DNA of 43,717 nt from Oligoflexales bacterium. Its GTDB lineage: Bacteria > Bdellovibrionota_B > Oligoflexia > Oligoflexales > Bog-1112. The stretch spans positions 1-43,717 of the forward strand of contig JBGCDR010000095.1 of assembly GCA_045105515.1 (NCBI GenBank), in the 5' to 3' direction. The notes under the pieces were generated by a model. The model did not search any database, was not told where the DNA came from, and saw nothing but the letters and a program-made list of their open reading frames with translations. Positions 19,211-29,420 of this stretch are shown here, in pieces (the stretch's first letter is position 1; every line of letters starts with the position of its first letter). The translations under genes were made by a program, and so were the position numbers.

Positions 19211-19852
19211 ATGGAAGAACTTACAGCCAGACAAAAGCAAGTATTCGACCTTATTAATAAGTACCTCGACGAGGGCGAAGCCTTCCCTTCTCTGCGTGAA
19301 ATCGCTGATGGACTTGGGGCACGCAACAAATCTGGCATGGTAGGACATCTTAAGGCACTCGAACGCAAGGGGTATATCCGCAAGCAGCAACGCAACGGCT
19401 ATTATGCTCTAGCCTCCCACTCAGCCCCGGTTTTTGGCCTCTATGAGGAGCATAGCTTGTTAAGCTTCCCCTTAGTTGCAGACATTCCTGCTGGGACTCC
19501 TTTAAATACCTACGAACAGTCCGATGAACACCTTATTTTTAGCCCTGACTATTTTGGGGGAGGCAGCCTCAAAGCTGTGAGCATTTCAGGCGACAGTATG
19601 GCTGGTGACCATATCAGCGATGGCGATATAGCCATTATCAAGCTCCAGAAGGATGTATCCTCACAAGACATTGTGGTCGTACGCGTAGACCGCGACGAAG
19701 TGACCTTAAAACGAGTCCGCTACCACGACGACTTGGTCGACCTCATTCCGTCCAATCCCCGCTATCAAGTCAAAAGTGTGCCAGCTGAAAGTGTTGAAAT
19801 AGTCGGTAAGCTCGTGGGTATTGTACGCAGAAGTCCTTCACTTAAAAAATAA
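19211..19852 (+). CDS. lexA: SOS repressor LexA
   Basis: LTARQ, PSLREIA and HLKALERKGYI wHTH motifs; IPAG cleavage site; catalytic GDSM Ser and VTLKR Lys. Confidence 0.95.
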   Translation: MEELTARQKQVFDLINKYLDEGEAFPSLREIADGLGARNKSGMVGHLKALERKGYIRKQQRNGYYALASHSAPVFGLYEEHSLLSFPLVADIPAGTPLNTYEQSDEHLIFSPDYFGGGSLKAVSISGDSMAGDHISDGDIAIIKLQKDVSSQDIVVVRVDRDEVTLKRVRYHDDLVDLIPSNPRYQVKSVPAESVEIVGKLVGIVRRSPSLKK

Positions 19853-19859
19853 AACAGGT

Positions 19860-20492
19860 ATGGGTCCGGATAAACAAACTCAAATTGCAAACTTAAAGCG
19901 TCGGCTCAACGACAACTGTAGTGCTAAGAGTGCAGCACAACGCCTCAGTAGCGGAACACCTCAGTTAGACCAAGCACTAGGGGGAGGTTTTGCCTTAGGA
20001 AGCCTATGTGAGTGGGGTATGCCACCTGGTAAGCAAGCACGGCAGCTGCTCATAAAACTTCTAGCTCACAACCAAGCACTCTGCCTATGGGTCTACCCGG
20101 ATCAAGACGATAGCCGAGTCTACCCTCCAGCTTGGGCGGCAAGGGGGGTTAATTTAAACCAGACTTATTTTGCGAAAAGCAGTTCTCCTTTGACAGAGTT
20201 GAGGCCTGCTTTTCTCGAACAAGTTTTCACTATCATTGTGATTGATAGCTTTTGCTGTCACGGTAAAGACGAATTAGCCTTTCTCAGCCGACAAGCTAGA
20301 GCCCTATCTGCGATCATATTCCTCCTGCGCCCTTATCTGCTAAGCCATACAAAAGGAAATCCATTCGCAAAAAATCGTTTAAATAGCTGGCTCAACTACC
20401 GCAATAGCACCTTCCATATTCACCTGTTGCGAGGGCACAGCCCGAAGAGCTTAAAAGTCCCCGCAGCTAAGAGGTCCTGTGAGCATGCATAA
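19860..20492 (+). CDS. imuA: ImuA-like (RecA-fold, degenerate Walker A) mutasome protein
   Basis: LSSGTPQLDQALGGG..LGSLCEW, VYPPAWAARGV and IVID motifs; sits between lexA and the imuB-like gene; ATG at 19860. Confidence 0.8.
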   Translation: MGPDKQTQIANLKRRLNDNCSAKSAAQRLSSGTPQLDQALGGGFALGSLCEWGMPPGKQARQLLIKLLAHNQALCLWVYPDQDDSRVYPPAWAARGVNLNQTYFAKSSSPLTELRPAFLEQVFTIIVIDSFCCHGKDELAFLSRQARALSAIIFLLRPYLLSHTKGNPFAKNRLNSWLNYRNSTFHIHLLRGHSPKSLKVPAAKRSCEHA

Positions 20493-21984
20493 GTCACCAC
20501 TCATCACCTTAAAGGCCTACGAAAAATCAAGAGACATTCCTAATTTTTTGGGAATTCATAGTACAGTAAGACAAAAACTTCCTGCTTATCTTTTTCAAGC
20601 ACTCAGCCCACATGTTATGGAATGGGAGCGAGGGATATGGATTTTCGACCTGAGATTCACCAAAAAGTTTTGGCAAACCCAAGCACGAATCCAAGGCATC
20701 TCAGGCCCAGCAATGATCGAACAAGTACTCGATGAGGATGATTGGCAGTACATAGGAATCTTTGCCAAACACCCCTGGCAGCTAGTTTACATGCTCACCG
20801 AAATTAAAGAACAAGCAAGCCCAGATAAGCGAGAGCTCATCCACCTTCAAGGCCCCTTCGGCCAATCACTACTCAAACAAGCTGGCTGGCCTGCATGGTT
20901 CGCAGCCTGCAAAACCCTATGCGCACATTGGGAAACAAAAGGCTCCAGACAATTTAAGGAGGATAGACTTGCAAGCAAGATCAGGCTCCTGCAAGCATCC
21001 ATGGATCGCCTAGGTGTTAAGGGCCCCAATCAACTACCAAGAAGCACCTTTGAGTCTATGAAGCGTCGTTTTGGCAGAAGCTTCGCAACTCTATGGGAAT
21101 GGAGCCTTTTAGAAGCAAGCCCAAACAAAAAACAAGCCCAAGGGCTATTCACCGCAGAGGAAGAGCAAGGCTTTGACTTCCCCTGGATCTTGTCAAAACC
21201 TCCTAAGACCCCAAAGGTTAAGCGTCACTTAGAAGACAGTCTGGTAGAGTGGGAGCATATAGAGCCTTTGCTTAAAGATGACTTTGACCGTCTTTGTCAG
21301 CATGAAGCCTGGAGTGAGGATGAAAGAGTTTGCAGCTTAACTTGGCTTATACAACTTTTTCACGGCAAGATCATCTGCCTGAACGTGAATTTTCGCAACC
21401 CGCATTCCCTGCATGGAGAGTATGGCGTACAGGATACTGCGACCCAGCAAGCCAGGTATGCCTACGAGTCCATGAGTCTGAAGCAAAAAGATCGCGAGGA
21501 CGACCTTGACCTCCCCGATGAAATTCCCTTAGTTTCATGGGAGCTTACTATAAAAGAAAAAATTGTAATTCCCCCTAAGCTAAGACGGCTCTTCAAGCAC
21601 TTTGAAGACCATAAGCACCCGAGCAATAAACTACTAAATTTAGAAAACAAACTGCACACTCCACTAGAGAGCTACAAACTCTTTGCCAGCTTTGATCCTA
21701 TGCAAGCTTTTATTCCCAAAGAGTCTGAACAGGAGGGTTGTGAGCAAGATAAAATCTGGAGTATTGCTGCTTCAGAACGTCCTCTCTACTTTTACGAACA
21801 AGCACAAATATTGCTACCGTCAAAGCACAGCTTCAAGTTTTTAGAGAGGACGAGCAAAAGCTGGTGGCAAGAAGGCAAGTTAGAAGACCGAGACTATTAC
21901 CTGGCTTTGGAACACAAGCAGCAGGTAGCTTATTGGGCCTTCAGAGTGCGAGAACAATGGTATAAGCATGGCATCTTCTCTTGA
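20479..21984 (+). CDS. imuB: Divergent ImuB-like inactive Y-family polymerase
   Basis: Synteny; LSPHV, RLGV..., RRFG; ImuB-type C-terminus RPL...ER....WW.....RDYY...W.F.....WY.HG.F. Confidence 0.72.
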   Translation: MSMHKSPLITLKAYEKSRDIPNFLGIHSTVRQKLPAYLFQALSPHVMEWERGIWIFDLRFTKKFWQTQARIQGISGPAMIEQVLDEDDWQYIGIFAKHPWQLVYMLTEIKEQASPDKRELIHLQGPFGQSLLKQAGWPAWFAACKTLCAHWETKGSRQFKEDRLASKIRLLQASMDRLGVKGPNQLPRSTFESMKRRFGRSFATLWEWSLLEASPNKKQAQGLFTAEEEQGFDFPWILSKPPKTPKVKRHLEDSLVEWEHIEPLLKDDFDRLCQHEAWSEDERVCSLTWLIQLFHGKIICLNVNFRNPHSLHGEYGVQDTATQQARYAYESMSLKQKDREDDLDLPDEIPLVSWELTIKEKIVIPPKLRRLFKHFEDHKHPSNKLLNLENKLHTPLESYKLFASFDPMQAFIPKESEQEGCEQDKIWSIAASERPLYFYEQAQILLPSKHSFKFLERTSKSWWQEGKLEDRDYYLALEHKQQVAYWAFRVREQWYKHGIFS

Positions 21985-24900
21985 AAAGTACGGTTGGCAT
22001 GAATGGCTGTGTAAGACAAACTTTTCTTTTTTGACAGGGGCGTCTCACCCACACGAACTGATTACGCGTGCAACAAAGGAACACTATGCCTCCTTATGCA
22101 TCAATGATTTTGATGGTGCTTACGGTTTAGCTCGCTGTTTTCTTGAGCACAAACGCATTTTAAGCACGAGCCAAACTCAGAATCCCAAACTACATTGTGG
22201 AGCCGAGATTCACCTTAGCAAGGACCACCATTTACCCATCCTGCTACAAGAGACTTTGGTTCTTGTAGTACAGACTTGGCAGGGTTATGCGAATCTATGT
22301 CATATTTTAACCAGGGCGCATAAAGATGGAAAAAATGATGCTTACATTAGCCTCGTAGAACTACTAACAAGTAATGTCGAGGGCCTTGTTGCCATCCAGC
22401 CTATGCGTGGGCTTATGCGTAGGGGGGCGACAACTGCAGCACACTTCGCAGCAATCCGGGATCATTTTAAACAGCGCTTTTACTTTGCTATTAGTCGCCA
22501 CCTGCACCCTGCAGAGGACTCATGGATTCAAGGAACGGTAGAACTGGCCAAAGAACTAGATACAGTATGCTTGTTAAGCCAGGATGCTTTCTTTCATCAC
22601 AGCAGTCGTGCCCATCTAAGTGACCTACTCCACAGCATTCGCCATAACCTTTGCTTAAGTGATGCGAGTAAACATCACTTTCCCAACCAAGAGCGCTACC
22701 TCCATAGCCTCCAGTCCCTCGAAGCTCGTTTTGCCGCTTTACCCTGTTACGAAAACTCATTACAGGCGTCTTATGAGCTTGCAAACACCTGTAACTTCCA
22801 ACTTTCTTCACTCCGTTATCACTACCCCCAAGAGATGATCCCTGAGGGCCACACTGCCCATAGCTTTCTGGAAACACTTACTTGGAAAGAAGCGAAAAAA
22901 AAGTTTGTCATAGTCGACTCAAAGCTCAGCACCCGGCTCACCTACGAGTTGAAGCTGATTGCAAAAATGAACTTTGCCGACTATTTCTTAACAGTATGGG
23001 ATATTGTCCACTGGGCTCGCTCCCAAGATATCCTCTGCCAAGGACGAGGCTCAGCTGCTAACTCAGCAGTCTGTTTTATCCTCGGTATCACAAGTGTCAA
23101 TCCCAGTAACTTCGATATGCTGTTTGAACGCTTTATCAGTTCCGAGCGTGGTGACCCTCCCGACATCGACGTAGACTTTGAGCATGAACGCAGGGAAGAA
23201 GTCATCCGCTACGTCTATGAACGCTATGGCAGAGACAAAGCGGCCATGGTTGCAAATGTGATCACCTTTCGCCGTAAGGGTGCATTACGTGCCGTAGGTA
23301 AAGCGCTGGGGATAGATGAAGGGACCATAAGCCTGTGCGCAAAGCTTTGCAAGAGCAAGATGTTAAGAGGCGGTGATGCTAAAGCCGTCATTGCGGAAGC
23401 ACGTAAAGAGATTGACGACAAGCGGCTAAACCCGATCACCTGGGACTTATGGGCTAGCCTAACAGAAGAATTAAGAGGTTTTCCTCGTCACCTCGGTATT
23501 CACTCTGGTGGGTTTATGATTTCTGCTATGCCTTTAAACCAGCTCGTTCCCAGGGAGCCAGCAAGCATGGAAGGGCGAACTGTCATCCAATGGTGCAAGG
23601 ATGACATTGAAGGCCTTGGATTCTTTAAGATCGACCTTTTATGCCTCGGTATGCTGACGGCAGTCCGCAAGGCATTCTCATATATTGAAGGCTCTTATGG
23701 AACTTTTTTAGAGCTCAGCAGCATTCCCCACAATGACTCTGCCACTTACAACATGATCCAGCAGGCTGAAACAGTAGGTACCTTTCAAATCGAATCACGC
23801 GCACAGATGACCATGCTTCCACGCCTCAGACCACGCTGCTTTTATGATCTGGTCATCGAGGTGGCTATCATCCGCCCCGGCCCCATTCAAGGTAAGGTTA
23901 TCAACCCCTACCTTAAGCGTCGGGGTGGCCTTGAAGCTGTATCCTACCCAGATCCTGTTCTCAAACCAATCCTGGCGAGAACACTGGGAGTTGCCATATT
24001 TCAAGAGCAAGCAATGCGTATTGCTGTCGAAGTGGGAAACTTTACCCCAGGTGAAGCTAATGAATTGCGCAAGAGCATAGGGGCTTGGAACGTCAAAGAC
24101 TTGTCACGTAATTTAAGCCCCTATCTAAAGAAATTATCAGAGGGTATGCGCCAAAATAATTATGACGAAGGATTCATCGCGCAAATACTTGGACAGATGC
24201 AAGGCTTCTCAGACTATGGTTTTCCCGAATCCCACGCAGTTTCATTTGCCTTAATCGCCTACGCGTCCAGCTATCTAAAATGCCACTATCCAGCAGCATT
24301 TTTTACAGCAGTGCTTAATTCGCAACCAATGGGTTTTTATTCCCCTCACTCACTGATCCAGACAGCAAAGAGAGATGGGGTCACGGTTCTTCCTATCTGC
24401 GTAAATGACTCACACTGGGACCATAAATTGGAGCTTTTACCTGCAAATCTAAAGCAGATAGAGCCCTGCTATGGAATCCGTCTGGGGCTTCGTTTAGTAC
24501 GCTCTTTACGCAAACAAGGGGCCTTACAACTAGTTAAAAATCGAAACCAAGAGCCCTTTGAAAATATGCAGGCATTTTTACAAAAAACACGGCTCGTACG
24601 CTCTGACCTCACTGCACTGGCTGCTGCTAATGCCTTTCAAGTATTTGGCCTATCACGTTTTGATGCAATTTGGATTTCGGAAGCTGCTCCCTTTCATCCT
24701 ATTCTTGAGGAAGAGGAAGATGCACTTAACTGGCCTGTGGAAGACCCCGTAGGACAAATGGAACGAGATTTTGCAGCCACAGGAACTTCTTTAGGGCCTC
24801 ATCCCACCACTATTTTTACACAAGGCTATTGGTCATATAAGCCTAAACTCACCAATATTCACTCTGCTGGGGACTTGCAGGCAAGCAAAAAAGGAAGCAA

Positions 24901-25237
24901 GGTCAGTGTATTTGGAATGATCCTTGTAAAGCAAGCTCCTCCTTCTGCCAAAGGCATGGTCTTTATTACCATAGAAGATGCAAGTGGCTTTATAAATCTG
25001 GTTTTTACCCCACAGTGTTATGAAAAGTATTATCAGGAAATTGAGACTGCCTTTTTCTTATGTGCCGATGGCATCCTGCAAAAAGCAGGTGAATATCGTT
25101 CCATCATGGTAGACAAAGTTCATACCCGCATAAAACCTAAAGCACAGGTGCAAAGTTTATTTGGAGACGAAGAGTATCAGGAGCAAACGGTACAAAAGGA
25201 AATCAAAGATTTGTTTGAACCTAGGAATTATTTTTAA
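21968..25237 (+). CDS. dnaE2: Error-prone DNA polymerase III alpha DnaE2 (ImuC)
   Basis: TNFSFLTGASHP PHP domain, GRGSAANS, PPDIDVDFEH, GFPRHLGIHSGG, FQIESRAQ and GFPESHA motifs; OB fold. Confidence 0.97.
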   Translation: MASSLEKYGWHEWLCKTNFSFLTGASHPHELITRATKEHYASLCINDFDGAYGLARCFLEHKRILSTSQTQNPKLHCGAEIHLSKDHHLPILLQETLVLVVQTWQGYANLCHILTRAHKDGKNDAYISLVELLTSNVEGLVAIQPMRGLMRRGATTAAHFAAIRDHFKQRFYFAISRHLHPAEDSWIQGTVELAKELDTVCLLSQDAFFHHSSRAHLSDLLHSIRHNLCLSDASKHHFPNQERYLHSLQSLEARFAALPCYENSLQASYELANTCNFQLSSLRYHYPQEMIPEGHTAHSFLETLTWKEAKKKFVIVDSKLSTRLTYELKLIAKMNFADYFLTVWDIVHWARSQDILCQGRGSAANSAVCFILGITSVNPSNFDMLFERFISSERGDPPDIDVDFEHERREEVIRYVYERYGRDKAAMVANVITFRRKGALRAVGKALGIDEGTISLCAKLCKSKMLRGGDAKAVIAEARKEIDDKRLNPITWDLWASLTEELRGFPRHLGIHSGGFMISAMPLNQLVPREPASMEGRTVIQWCKDDIEGLGFFKIDLLCLGMLTAVRKAFSYIEGSYGTFLELSSIPHNDSATYNMIQQAETVGTFQIESRAQMTMLPRLRPRCFYDLVIEVAIIRPGPIQGKVINPYLKRRGGLEAVSYPDPVLKPILARTLGVAIFQEQAMRIAVEVGNFTPGEANELRKSIGAWNVKDLSRNLSPYLKKLSEGMRQNNYDEGFIAQILGQMQGFSDYGFPESHAVSFALIAYASSYLKCHYPAAFFTAVLNSQPMGFYSPHSLIQTAKRDGVTVLPICVNDSHWDHKLELLPANLKQIEPCYGIRLGLRLVRSLRKQGALQLVKNRNQEPFENMQAFLQKTRLVRSDLTALAAANAFQVFGLSRFDAIWISEAAPFHPILEEEEDALNWPVEDPVGQMERDFAATGTSLGPHPTTIFTQGYWSYKPKLTNIHSAGDLQASKKGSKVSVFGMILVKQAPPSAKGMVFITIEDASGFINLVFTPQCYEKYYQEIETAFFLCADGILQKAGEYRSIMVDKVHTRIKPKAQVQSLFGDEEYQEQTVQKEIKDLFEPRNYF

Positions 25238-25303
25238 CCAATGAAAAGTTTGGTTCGGCTGAAAGAAGGTTTGCATATAGCAAAACCTTGAACCAATGAA
25301 AAG
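25236..25303. repeat. 13-bp direct repeat flanking a hairpin between convergent genes (possible terminator)
   Basis: AACCAATGAAAAG at 25236-25248 and 25291-25303; AAGGTTTGC-ATATA-GCAAAACCTT lies between them. Confidence 0.6.
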
Positions 25304-25314
25304 GAAACCACGTG

Positions 25315-26085
25315 CTATTTGGTTCTCTCAAGAGCCCATTCCGGTAATTCAGGCATCAAGAGATACCCTAACTGTTCCATAACTTTATCGCTGTAAGTAA
25401 GGGCTTTGTATCTTTTATTCATTGGAGGTGTTCCCCATTCGTAAGCGAGCACTTGGTATCTTGAAATGTCTTCATCTATCATAGGAATTTCTGATACCCA
25501 AGGTGCACCTACTAGCTCAAGATTCTTCTTAGACTTCATTTTATATAAAGCCTGAGCTTTATCCATGGCTAGTGTAACGTGCATTAAGTTGAGGATATTT
25601 TGCTCTTTAAAGTCAATAATAAACTGGCTTAAATCTTCTTTTGCAAGTTTATATACTTCTTTTGTAATAGCATTTTCCTTTTCATACCCTTCTAAGTGAT
25701 CCCATTTACTCTTATCTACATTCTTTTTTGCACTTTCAGTATGAATATCAACCCCTCTTCTAAAAAGAGCGAAACATAGACCTCTACGGGAATTTAGATT
25801 GTATAAATAGTCCTGTGATTCATCCTCTTCATCATAATCCCTGAATTCAAGAGCCCATTTTGTCGCCCATTCATAAACATCTTCTCCCTCGACTGATTTA
25901 TTAAGATAGTTAATAGCACCGCTTACATCAGGATTTCCCTTATAGAGAGATTGTAATTCCTCAGTGCTTTTAGCCTCCTTAACTCTTTTAAAAGCATCCG
26001 TAAGATCCAATTTTTTAGCCAATGAAACACCACTAATTAGTGGAATTACTAATACTGATGCAACTAAAAATTTTTTAAATATCAT
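25315..26085 (-). CDS. Hypothetical secreted protein
   Basis: 256-aa ORF with a Sec signal (SLA|KK); no family recognised. Confidence 0.75.
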   Translation of the reverse strand: MIFKKFLVASVLVIPLISGVSLAKKLDLTDAFKRVKEAKSTEELQSLYKGNPDVSGAINYLNKSVEGEDVYEWATKWALEFRDYDEEDESQDYLYNLNSRRGLCFALFRRGVDIHTESAKKNVDKSKWDHLEGYEKENAITKEVYKLAKEDLSQFIIDFKEQNILNLMHVTLAMDKAQALYKMKSKKNLELVGAPWVSEIPMIDEDISRYQVLAYEWGTPPMNKRYKALTYSDKVMEQLGYLLMPELPEWALERTK

Positions 26086-26619
26086 GGCAGGTCACTTTCT
26101 TAGAAAAAAATGTTTTCAACATCCAGCATTGTTAAGACAGTAAAAATGTGCAAATCTCAGCTGGCCCTTAAAATATCTGTCTGTCTATCAAACAGGATTT
26201 AAGATGTAAAGCTTATAGAACCACATTTAAATACGTAATAGATATAAAATAAATGAGGTTATTACTCCACCCTTGAAACAACTGAGACTCATGAAAAGCA
26301 CCTTAGGACTAAGTTTCAAGCCCAATGGATTGCCAATATTGTTCTCACTCAAAACAGAATTAAAGCTATTGATAGAATGTCAATATTTATCAAAAAACCT
26401 AAATTTTTTTGCCTTGAAATTGGAAAATAGTTTCAGGATAATTTCAAAGTATATTCTATAAAGATAATAAAAAAGGTAAATAATTACCCTAGAATCTGCG
26501 AAAAACTCGTTGGGATTAAATTCTACTGCGTTGCATTGTTTATAAGTAACTTCCTTCTCTTGGCAAATTAAGCATTCTCAATATCTTAACTCGTTCCTAA
26601 TTCACTAAGAGGAGTTCAA

Positions 26620-26724
26620 ATGCTAAAAATCATCACTCTATATCCAGATGATGACGATCCGAATTGCCAATTTCTAGGCTACTATAACAATAGACAAGAA
26701 AACATACTCATACTATCTCAATAA
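26620..26724 (+). CDS. Possible 34-aa small protein or gene remnant
   Basis: AAGAGGAG RBS 5 nt before the ATG; MLKIITLYPDDDDPNCQFLGYYNNRQENILILSQ*. Confidence 0.3.
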   Translation: MLKIITLYPDDDDPNCQFLGYYNNRQENILILSQ

Positions 26725-26750
26725 AAAAGCAGTAAAAAAAAGTATCGAAT

Positions 26751-27833
26751 TTAACTTATAGGGAATTTAAGAAAAAAAGTTGAACCTTGCCCAACTTGCG
26801 ATTCAATACCCACCTTACCTCCATGCTTTTCAATGATGGATTTTACAATAGCTAATCCGACCCCAGTGCCTTCTTTCTCTATATTAAATCGCTCAAAAAT
26901 ACGAAATGCTCTGTCCTTGTCAGAGTCTTTAAATCCTTCTGCATTATCTTTTATATAGACAACCATTTGGTTTTTCTCTTCATAAGACCCAATCTCGATC
27001 TTGGGTTTGCGCCCTTCAGGACAATACTTCAAGGCGTTTAAAATTAAGTTAAGAAATACCTGTTGCATCTTATCGTAATCACATTTCAAAGTAGGAAGCT
27101 GTCCAATATTAACCGAAGCATTTTCATTTTCAACAATCTGTGAGTTATTATTAACAATAGTATTTAATAAATTAGTAATATCGACCTCTTCTAGATCAAG
27201 ATCACGATGCGAGATCCGAGAAATGTTTAACAGACCTTTCAGCATAGACTCCATGGACCTCACATTTGCCTCTATCCTTTCTAAATAGTGTTTTGTTTTT
27301 ACATCAAGGTTGTTATTTGATCTTAGAATCCTTGATACGAAACCACCAATTGATACAATAGGAGACTTTAAATCGTGGGAAACAGTGTAAAGGAAGGTTT
27401 CTAGATCTTCTTTCTTTGCTAAAACTCTTTTTGCTAACTTAACTTGCTGGGAGAGGTCAATTACAGATACTGCTATGATTCTAGAGCTACCTGTAACTAT
27501 GGGAGTTAGACCAACTTCAACGGGAAACGTCGAACCATTTAATCTCATTCCTTTTAGCTCGCGCCCTTGACCCATAGGGCGTTTTGATGGATTCTGCAGG
27601 TATGCGTTACGTAATTTCACATGCTCTATTGCATGGGCATCAGGAACCAATTTTTCTATCTTTTGTCCAGAAAGGACACCTTCTGAATAGTCAAACATTG
27701 TTTCCAATGCATGATTTGCTTTTAAAATTCTCCCATCCGAGTCAACAAGCATCATTCCGCAAGGAGAAGCATCAAAAGCATGCTGATAAATAGTTTCATC
27801 CAAAGAATTTACAGCCGTTTTTTTTGGATTCAA
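26751..27833 (-). CDS. PAS-domain sensor histidine kinase
   Basis: PAS (RPMGQGREL..GSTFPVEVGL), H-box VSHDLKSP, N-box NALKY, GTGVGL. Confidence 0.93.
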   Translation of the reverse strand: MNPKKTAVNSLDETIYQHAFDASPCGMMLVDSDGRILKANHALETMFDYSEGVLSGQKIEKLVPDAHAIEHVKLRNAYLQNPSKRPMGQGRELKGMRLNGSTFPVEVGLTPIVTGSSRIIAVSVIDLSQQVKLAKRVLAKKEDLETFLYTVSHDLKSPIVSIGGFVSRILRSNNNLDVKTKHYLERIEANVRSMESMLKGLLNISRISHRDLDLEEVDITNLLNTIVNNNSQIVENENASVNIGQLPTLKCDYDKMQQVFLNLILNALKYCPEGRKPKIEIGSYEEKNQMVVYIKDNAEGFKDSDKDRAFRIFERFNIEKEGTGVGLAIVKSIIEKHGGKVGIESQVGQGSTFFLKFPIS

Positions 27834-27841
27834 TTGGTTCC

Positions 27842-28957
27842 TTATCCAGCTCTCTTGAGCTTGAGTAAATTTTCGTGCACCCGACCATCAAGTTGAAGCA
27901 TAAAAGTTGCCCCTTCTCCCACTCGACCCTCAGCTCTCAATTTTCCACCATGAGATTCCACAATCTTTTTACAAATTGCGAGCCCAAGACCAGTACCTTC
28001 GTGGGAAGTTAAGGTGCTCTCAAGCCTATGCATTGGCATAAAGATCTCATCCTTTTGCGAAGGCTTAAAACCAAGTCCATTGTCAGATAGCTCCAAAGTA
28101 AGATCATTGCCGCGGGCCTTTGTACTAATAATCACTACAGACTGACGTTCAAGACTACGGTACTTTATCGAATTACCAATTAAGTTAACGAAAACCTGTT
28201 TAATTTGCGAACGACACGCTCGAATAAAAGGAAGATCATGCCTCTCAATTTGTGTACCTGAATCTTTCAATTGAAGGCTTAAGTAGGATTCCACTTCCTC
28301 CATCAACTCATTTAAAGAGAATACTGTTTCTTCTTCTGCTACGTCTCCTAGAGTAGCGTACCTAAGTAAGTCTTCAACCAGGCTATTCATATTATCAGCA
28401 AGCTGACCCAAGGTAGTATGGATCTCATCAACCGATGAACTTACCTCTTCATCCTGCAGCAACTCTAAATATCCGATAAAACCATTCAGGGGTGTTTTTA
28501 GGTCGTGAGCTACTGTTCGAGAAAAGGTGCTCAAGGATTCATTCTTGATTTGTAGCTCTCTTTCCAAACTCTTGCGTTCACATGCAAAGAGAATCAACTT
28601 ACCTAGATCCTCATGCATAATCCTATCTTTGGATAAATAATCTTGTGCTCCCAAGTGAACAAGCTTCAAACCCATATTTTCATCTACGAGGGACGTCAAA
28701 ACGATGATCGCTGTCGATGGTTGCAGCCTGATAGCAGCTTCCAATGTAGACTCTGGAGTCAAACTATCCGGAAGAATAAGATCAAGTAAAATGCAGTCAA
28801 ATTCAATATTTGATGCAATCTTGCCTAAATCAGCAATAGATTGAACCTTAGTAATATTATCTTGACTTATCGAGTTATTAATCAACTCTTCACATGTCAA
28901 TTCCTGATGATCTTCATTGTCTTCCACAAGAAGGATTCGAAGATTTTTTCTATCCAT
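27842..28957 (-). CDS. Hybrid receiver-histidine kinase
   Basis: LLVEDN, LLDLILPD, GAQDYLSK, then VAHDLKTP, NSIKY, GTGLGL; AGGAGG RBS before ATG 28957. Confidence 0.93.
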   Translation of the reverse strand: MDRKNLRILLVEDNEDHQELTCEELINNSISQDNITKVQSIADLGKIASNIEFDCILLDLILPDSLTPESTLEAAIRLQPSTAIIVLTSLVDENMGLKLVHLGAQDYLSKDRIMHEDLGKLILFACERKSLERELQIKNESLSTFSRTVAHDLKTPLNGFIGYLELLQDEEVSSSVDEIHTTLGQLADNMNSLVEDLLRYATLGDVAEEETVFSLNELMEEVESYLSLQLKDSGTQIERHDLPFIRACRSQIKQVFVNLIGNSIKYRSLERQSVVIISTKARGNDLTLELSDNGLGFKPSQKDEIFMPMHRLESTLTSHEGTGLGLAICKKIVESHGGKLRAEGRVGEGATFMLQLDGRVHENLLKLKRAG

Positions 28958-29420
28958 CAGTTCCTCCTTTTGGAGAGCGATCATCAAGGAGCTTAGGAGT
29001 CGTATTCCATTTGGACCAAAAATTAACTAGATCAGTGACCATAGTTGAAAGATCATCAAACTCCATCGGCTTGACTAGATAAGCATTGGCGTGATGCAGG
29101 TATGCATCCCTAATATCACGCTGAGAAGGTGAGGTTGACAACATAATTATAGGGATTGCAGCTAAATTATTGTCACACCTTACAGCCTTTAAAACTTCTA
29201 TCCCAGACAATTTTGGTAACTTTAGGTCCATTAAGACAATATCTGGTTTCAAAAGACCTGAAGATGGTCTATTTCCTGTTAAATAATTGACCGCATCTTC
29301 ACCATTATCCAGCCGTTCCACAGATTCAGCAATACCCAAGTCTTCAATGGTGGAGATAAGGAGTTCGGCGTGATCATCATCATCTTCAACAATTAGAAAA
29401 TTAAGCAGCTTTTGTGCCAT
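28950..29420 (-). CDS. Single-domain response regulator (Rcp1/RcpA-like)
   Basis: LIVEDDDD, LMDLKLPKLSG, IPIIMLSTS, ANAYLVKP, FW..WN motifs. Confidence 0.92.
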   Translation of the reverse strand: MAQKLLNFLIVEDDDDHAELLISTIEDLGIAESVERLDNGEDAVNYLTGNRPSSGLLKPDIVLMDLKLPKLSGIEVLKAVRCDNNLAAIPIIMLSTSPSQRDIRDAYLHHANAYLVKPMEFDDLSTMVTDLVNFWSKWNTTPKLLDDRSPKGGTDG

